Under the pieces are notes generated by a model. The model was not told the origin of the DNA. It did no database searches and saw only the letters and a program-made list of their open reading frames with translations. A stretch of DNA of 64,000 bases from Rhizaria sp. SCN 62-66 (taxonomy: Eukaryota). The position numbers and the translations under genes are program-made. The stretch spans positions 1-64,000 of the forward strand of contig MEDY01000032.1 of NCBI GenBank assembly GCA_001724265.1. The letters run 5' to 3'. Positions within the stretch are counted from its first letter, which is position 1. Every line of letters begins with the position of its first letter. Below are positions 58,220 through 64,000 of the stretch, piece by piece.

Positions 58220-61200
58220 TTCGGGGTTGTGCACCTTGCGCGGGCGCCCGCGGCCGCGCTTGACGCCTGGCGGTAGCGGCGGCGGCGGCGGCTTGCGCAC
58301 CTGGAGCTCGCGCGGCACGCGCTGGCGGCGGAAGGCCATGGTCTCGATGTCAGTGAGCCAGCCGTCGGCGTCGCGGCGGTGGCGCTCGGCGAAGGTGGAC
58401 ATGGAGCCAAACTGGATCAGCAGGCCCACCCACTCGTCCGCGCCGTTGATCGAATCAGAGTCCGAGTCGAGGATGCGGTTGACACCCTCCTGCGAAACGA
58501 GTGCAAATAAACAACAAACAAAGACAAGATACATGAGGTGAGAAAGTATTTGAACGAAAAACATCGACATATGATAAATGCATGACATGTTACAGTTTTA
58601 GTTAGATATGACAGTCAAATAGCAGTTCTTGCGGTGATATGCGTACCTGCAGGTCGTTGAAGAAGTCCTCCTTGGCCACGGTCGACGCGGTCGCCGAGCC
58701 GTCCGTGAGGCGTGACAGCAGCGATGAAGCCGAGTAGCGCGCGTTGTCGGCGTCGCCGCCGCCGCTGCCGAAGACGCGGTCCCAGAAGTTCTCATCGTGG
58801 ATGTCGAGCTTCGAAGTCTCGGAGTCCTCGGCTGAGAAGTACTGCTTCGAGTAGACAATGCCGCCGGACGAGGCGACCTTCTTGCCTTCAGCCGTGGCGG
58901 CGGCGCCGTCGTCGTCCGCGGCGGCCTCGCTGCCGTCCTCGGCGCGCACCTTGTTGCTGATAACGTGCGTGTTCTTGAGCAGAATCTCCTCGATGTTGGA
59001 CTCGAAGAAGGTGCGGCGCTGCTCATCGTCCTGCTCTTCCATCAGCCCGTAGGCGCCGAGCTTGAGGATCTTGTCGATGTCGTCGTGGTCCTCGCGCTCC
59101 TCCGCGCCCGCCTCGAGCTTGCGTAACACGGCATGGTCGAGCCCGAGCTTCTTGGACGCGCGTGCAAACAGCTGCGACTCGTACGTGTTCCTCGTCACAA
59201 GGCGGTAGACCGAGACGGCGTTCTTCTGGCCGATGCGGTGCGCGCGCGCCTGCGCCTGCACGTCCATCTGCGGGTTCCAGTCCGAGTCGAAGATGATCAC
59301 CGTGTCGGCGCGCGTGAGGTTCAGCCCGACGCCGCCGGCGCGCGTGGTGAGCAGGAAGATGAACCGGTCCGAGTCGGGCCGCGAGAAGCGGTCGATGGCG
59401 GCCTCGCGGTTGTCGCCCGTGACGGAGCCGTCGAGACGCTCGTACTTGTACCCGCGGTGGCGGATATAATCCTCCAGGATATCGAGCAGGATCACCATCT
59501 GCGAGAAGATGAGCACGATGTGCTTGTCAGCGAAGAGCTTCGGCAGCAGCTTGTCCAGCAGCACGAGCTTGCCCGACGCCTGCACCGTCATGTTGTGGTA
59601 CTCCTCCTGCGTCGCGGTGGGGCTTACTTCGCGCTCCTCGGTGCCGTTGACCAGCCACGGGTGGTTGCACACCTTGCGCAGCTCGGCAGCGATGTTGATG
59701 AGCTTCGGCATGTTGGACTGCGACACACCCTGGCGCAGGAACTTGGCGTTCTTGTCGAAGATAGCGCGGTAGTACTTCTTCTGCATCGTCGTCAGCTCGA
59801 CGTCGATCACTGTCTCCTCCTTGGGCGGGATCGACTTCTCGACGCTTTCCTTCATACGGCGCAGGATGTAGGGCGCGATGGTGCGCTGCAGCTGGTCGAC
59901 CTTCTTGGCGTCGTCAAGCTCCTTGTACTTGTGCTCGAAGTCACGCTGCGAGTAAAACCGCTCGGGCTCGACGAAGTTGAGCAGCGTCCAAAGCTCCGTC
60001 ATATTGTTCTGGATCGGCGTGCCCGTGAGCAGCAGCCGGCGCGGGATCCCGAGCTGCATGAAGGCGTCCATGAGCCGCGCCGTCTTGTTCTTGAGACGGT
60101 GGCCCTCGTCGATGATGACGTACTTCCACGGGATCAACTCGAGGTCCGCGACGTCTGACAGCAGCATCTCGTACGACGTGATCAGGATCTGGAACTTGAC
60201 GACGTTGCTGTTGGGGTAGTAGAACTCGAACTCACGCAGCACGCGGCGGCCGTTGGCGCCGCCGGCGGCGTCGTGGTACACCACGACGTTCATGTCCGTC
60301 CACCCCTCGGCCTCGCGCTTCCAGTGCGTCAGCGTCGACAGAGGCGCCACGATCAGGAACGGACCGCGCAGCCCTTCCTCGCGCCGCAGATGCTCCAGGA
60401 AGGCCACGCACTGAATCGTCTTGCCGAGACCCATTTCGTCGGCCAGAATGCCGTTCTTGCTATTGAGGTACGACTCGATGAGCCAGTTGACGCCCTGGAT
60501 CTGGTAATCGCGCAACGCGTGGCCCGTCTTGAACTTGGGCGACTCCTTGTACCAGCGCGCAGCGCGGAGCTTGCGCACGTGCATCTGTTCCTCGGTGAAG
60601 CGCGGCTGCTCCTGAAGCTGAGCTGCCGAGGGCATGCGCGCGAAACGGCGGTACTGCGCAACCTTCATCTCGTCCTTGACATCGCAGGCAAACTCCCACG
60701 TCGCCTGTGCGTAGCCCAGACCTGCCCATTTGACCAGGTACACGGGTACGGCCACGCGGTCCGCGTCGTCGACCGACTCGCCGGGCGCGAGCGCGGGGAG
60801 AGTGGCCAGGTCCAGCGTCTCCGTGCCCGGCGCGGGGGGGCGCACCTCAATGCGCCCGTCCTCGGTGACCGTGGCGATGTGGCGGCGCGGGATGAGCGTC
60901 GCGCCGCATTGCGCGATGCTGCGGCCGTCGCCCTCGAGGTGGAACTGCTCCAGCGACAGTAGCGACACGTGCAGCTGCAGCACGCGGTCCACCTCGACGA
61001 ACCGTGGGTCGAAGGGCGCGCCGCCGTGGCGGTCCAGGTTCACGCTCTCGATCTCCTCGCGCTTGGTCTGGAACCGCTTCACGCGGTCGTTGGTCGCGCG
61101 CGCGCCGTAGCGCTGCCGCATCTGCACCTCAGAGAGCCACTTCGCGCGCTGGTATGACATGCCCACGTCCTTGATGAGGTACTGACGCGTCTCGACCACG

Positions 61201-63998
61201 GCCATGCCGTTGGCGCTGCGCACCGTGCCAGCGCCGCCGTTGCCGTTCTTGCCGCTGTCATCGGCCGTAACGGTCGCGGGGGCGTCGGCAAAGCGGCGGC
61301 GGCCGAAGCGCGTGGCGTTGTTGGCCAACGCGACGAGCGCGGCCGCGTTGTCGGATACGAGCGAAGTGGGCTTGACCACGCCTTCTGTCTTCACGTCGCC
61401 CTCGCCGTCCTCCATCTTCACGCCGCCCGCACTGGTGCTGGCGCTGGCGCTGGAGCTGGAGCTGGAGCTGGAGCTGGAGCTGGTGCTGGAGATAGCGCTG
61501 CTGGCGGCGAGGGGCTTGCGCGGGGACTGCGCGACGCGCGCGGCGCCCTCGCGCACCGGCAGCGGCATCTGCTCCTCCTCCTTCTTGACTGGGGCCCCGC
61601 GCAGAGCGTCGACCGCGGCGTGGCCCGCGGCGACGGGGTCCTCGCCCTTGGCCTCGGCCGCAGCGGCCGCGGCGGCGCGCGCGGCCTCCTCGGCGGCCTC
61701 CTCGCGGGCATCGGCGGCCTCTTGCTTGGCAATCTTGACGTCCATCGCTGCGCGCACGGCGTCGCGCTTGTCGGCGAGCCGCTTGGACCGCGCCGCCTCC
61801 TTGGCCTCGCGCGCGGCGAGCTCCGCGGCCGAAAGCTCGGCATCGGGGTCCACCGGGTCGTCGTCCTCGTCGTCGCTGCCGTAGCCGAACTCGGCAGCGA
61901 GGTCTTCATGGTCGCCACCCAGCGTGTAGTCGTCATCCTCGCTCAACACGTCGGCCATGCAGTCACGCAGCATGTCCTCGTACGCCTCCTGCACCGAGTC
62001 GCCGTTAGCCTCCAGGTCCGCGGCCGCGGCGGCCTCAAGCGTCGCCAGCTGCTGCGCCACCTTCGCCTGGTCGACCTCGCGGCCGTCCCACAGCAGCCGC
62101 ACACGCTGCTGCCGCGTGCGCACGGCCAGCACCTTGTCGATGCGGTGGTCGGGCACAAAGTCCGCGTCGTCGTCACCCGCGCCGCCGTCGCCGTCGCCGT
62201 CGCCGCCGTCGCCCTTGTCCTTATTGTCGTCATCCGAGTCGCTGGACACGAGGAAGTCGTCGTCGTTGCTGTCGTCGTCGGCGTACGTCCGCGTCGTCTT
62301 GGTCGCCAGCCGGCCGGACGCGCGGCTGTTGCTATTCGAACTACGGCTCGTCGTCACCAAGATCTCGTCCTCCTCCTCAGCGGTCAAGCCGAGCTTGTTG
62401 CGGTTCTTGGTGCCCGCCTTGCGGCCACCGCGCCCGCCACGCCCGCCGCCCGCCGCTGCGCCCGCCGCCACGCGGACCGACGCCGTGGCGGCCGAGATCG
62501 ACTGCCCGGGCATGCGGGCTACGAGGAGCCCCGACGCGCCGCTGCCGCCGAGGGGCCCGCCGTCGCCGCCCGCGCCAGTGTTGCTGTTGTTGCGGTGTTG
62601 CGCGCCGCCGCCCGCGCCGTAACCGGCGGCCGCGGCCGACTGGGACTGCACCGCGGGGCCACCCGAGGCCGAGAGGCCCATCGCCACGTTGTTGGCGACC
62701 AAGATGCGGTTGTTGCCCTTGAGGTACTTGTCCGTGTAGTCGCGCGGGCGGCCGCAGACCGGCGTAGGCGGCAGGATCACCGGCACGTCGAGGCTCAGAC
62801 CGGTGGAGGACCGGTGCAGCAGAGACTGCAGGTCGCGGCCGTAGATCGCCGACAGCGCCAGGATGGTCGCGAAACGCGCCTCGCAGTCGGCGGGCGAGTG
62901 GCGCACCGAGAGGAAGCGGTCGTGCACCGTCAGCGGCCACGAATCGAGGTTGTGGCGCGTGGCAAACTCAAGCAGTGCGATCGTCTCGAGCAGCGTCCAG
63001 TGGCCCAGAGGGTCTTTATAGAGCGTCTCGTACTCGAACGCGGTGAATTGCGCGATTCCCAGCGCCGCGAACGACCAGGGCTCCTGCGTGCGGAGCTGGC
63101 CCGCGGAGATCACGTCCACGATCGCCGTCGCGGGGGACGCGCGCACCGCAGCGACAGCGGGCTTGGCCTCCTCGCCGTCAGTCTTAGTATCAGCGGTCTC
63201 GTTGTTGTTGTCGTCGACGGGCGGGGCGTGCGCCTTGGCGGCGGTCACGGCGGCCTGCGCGGCGGCGGTGTCAGTAAGCTGCGGCAGTGCAGCCAGTGCG
63301 CGCGCAGCCGCGGCGATGGGGTCCGCCTGTGCGGCCGCGGCGGCGACGCTCTTGATGGCGGCCGCGCACTCGGCCGAGGCGTCGCGTCCGGCGACGCCGC
63401 TCGAGCACTGCGCGGGCAGCGCCATGCCGTCCCTGGGCCACGCGCCGCGGCCGAGGACCTCGCCCTCGTTGCTGGCAAGGACGTGCGCCGGGTCCACAGA
63501 GGCGGCGGTGCACACGGCCCACTCGGGGTCGTCTTTGGCGATGACCCCGTACTCAGCGTGGGCGGCCATCGCCTCCAGAGTGCCGCGCTCGCGGGCAAAC
63601 ACGCGCCACTGCGGCTCCGTGCGCCCGCCCAGCGGGCCGGCGTTCTCGTCCGCTGCAGCGGCGTCGGCGGCGTCGGAGGGAAGGAAGTCCTCGGGGAGCC
63701 ACTCAGTGATGCGGGCCTGCAGTTGCGCGATGTGGTCGGCGCGCTCCAGCTCTACCATCGACGCGTACAGCGTCTCTTGGCGCAGGTTGTGGGACGCAAC
63801 GCGCGTCTCCTCGGCGCGCACGTCGTCCTCGTCGAGAAGTTCTTCGCTGCTCACCGTCACGTACTCGCTGTCACCGTCTACACCTTCGTTGTCCTTGCTC
63901 TCTGCGGCGCTCTCAGCGGTGCCAGCAGCAGCGCTCTCGGCAGCGGGGGCAACGACGACAGTCTTGAGTTGCTCGGGGGTGAGCGTGGCGCGCAGCAC
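55298..63998 (-). CDS. CHD-family SNF2 chromatin remodeller, 5' end outside the window; exons >63998-58647 and 58489-55298
   Basis: Tandem chromodomains (RIDKVL...QYLIK...WLSE and EVDRVL...YLVKWAGLGYAQATWE). ATPase motifs LRDYQIQGVNWL, GILADEMGLGKT, IIDEGHRLKN, LLLTGTPIQNN, LRKVCNHP and DSDWNPQMDVQAQARAHRIGQ. C-terminal AT-hook and PHD cluster. Ends in TAA. Confidence 0.92.
58490..58646 (-). other. Spliceosomal intron of the CHD gene (157 nt, phase 0)
   Basis: CAG/GTACGC...TTTCGCAG/GAG on the minus strand. The intron is AT-rich and joins two long GC-rich ORFs in frame. Confidence 0.88.
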
Positions 63999-64000
63999 GC

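Overview
Nuclear DNA from a microbial eukaryote, probably flagellated (it encodes B9D2). Exons are GC-rich, while intergenic DNA and the short GT-AG introns are AT-rich. Eleven protein-coding genes are supported: glutathione reductase, B9D2, a giant Cdc25-type phosphatase, Rab24, a CCHC-knuckle protein with a piggyBac-type cysteine-rich domain, a giant N-acylated CaMKK-like kinase, an ABHD4/5/Cld1-like hydrolase, RPF1, an RXT3-like protein, a low-complexity hypothetical protein and a 5'-truncated CHD remodeller. The main finding is that the genes appear to use a non-standard genetic code. Six in-frame TAG codons interrupt three otherwise continuous genes. Four lie in Cdc25, one of them inside the conserved catalytic domain. 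All 11 real gene ends are TAA (7) or TGA (4), never TAG. The best reading is UAG as a sense codon, most likely Gln, with UAA and UGA as stops, a rare uncoupling of UAG from UAA. Also notable are very large low-complexity insertions inside conserved folds, an invariant GTACG splice donor and unusual chromatin-domain fusions. Family calls rest on motifs recognised from memory; no database search was run.
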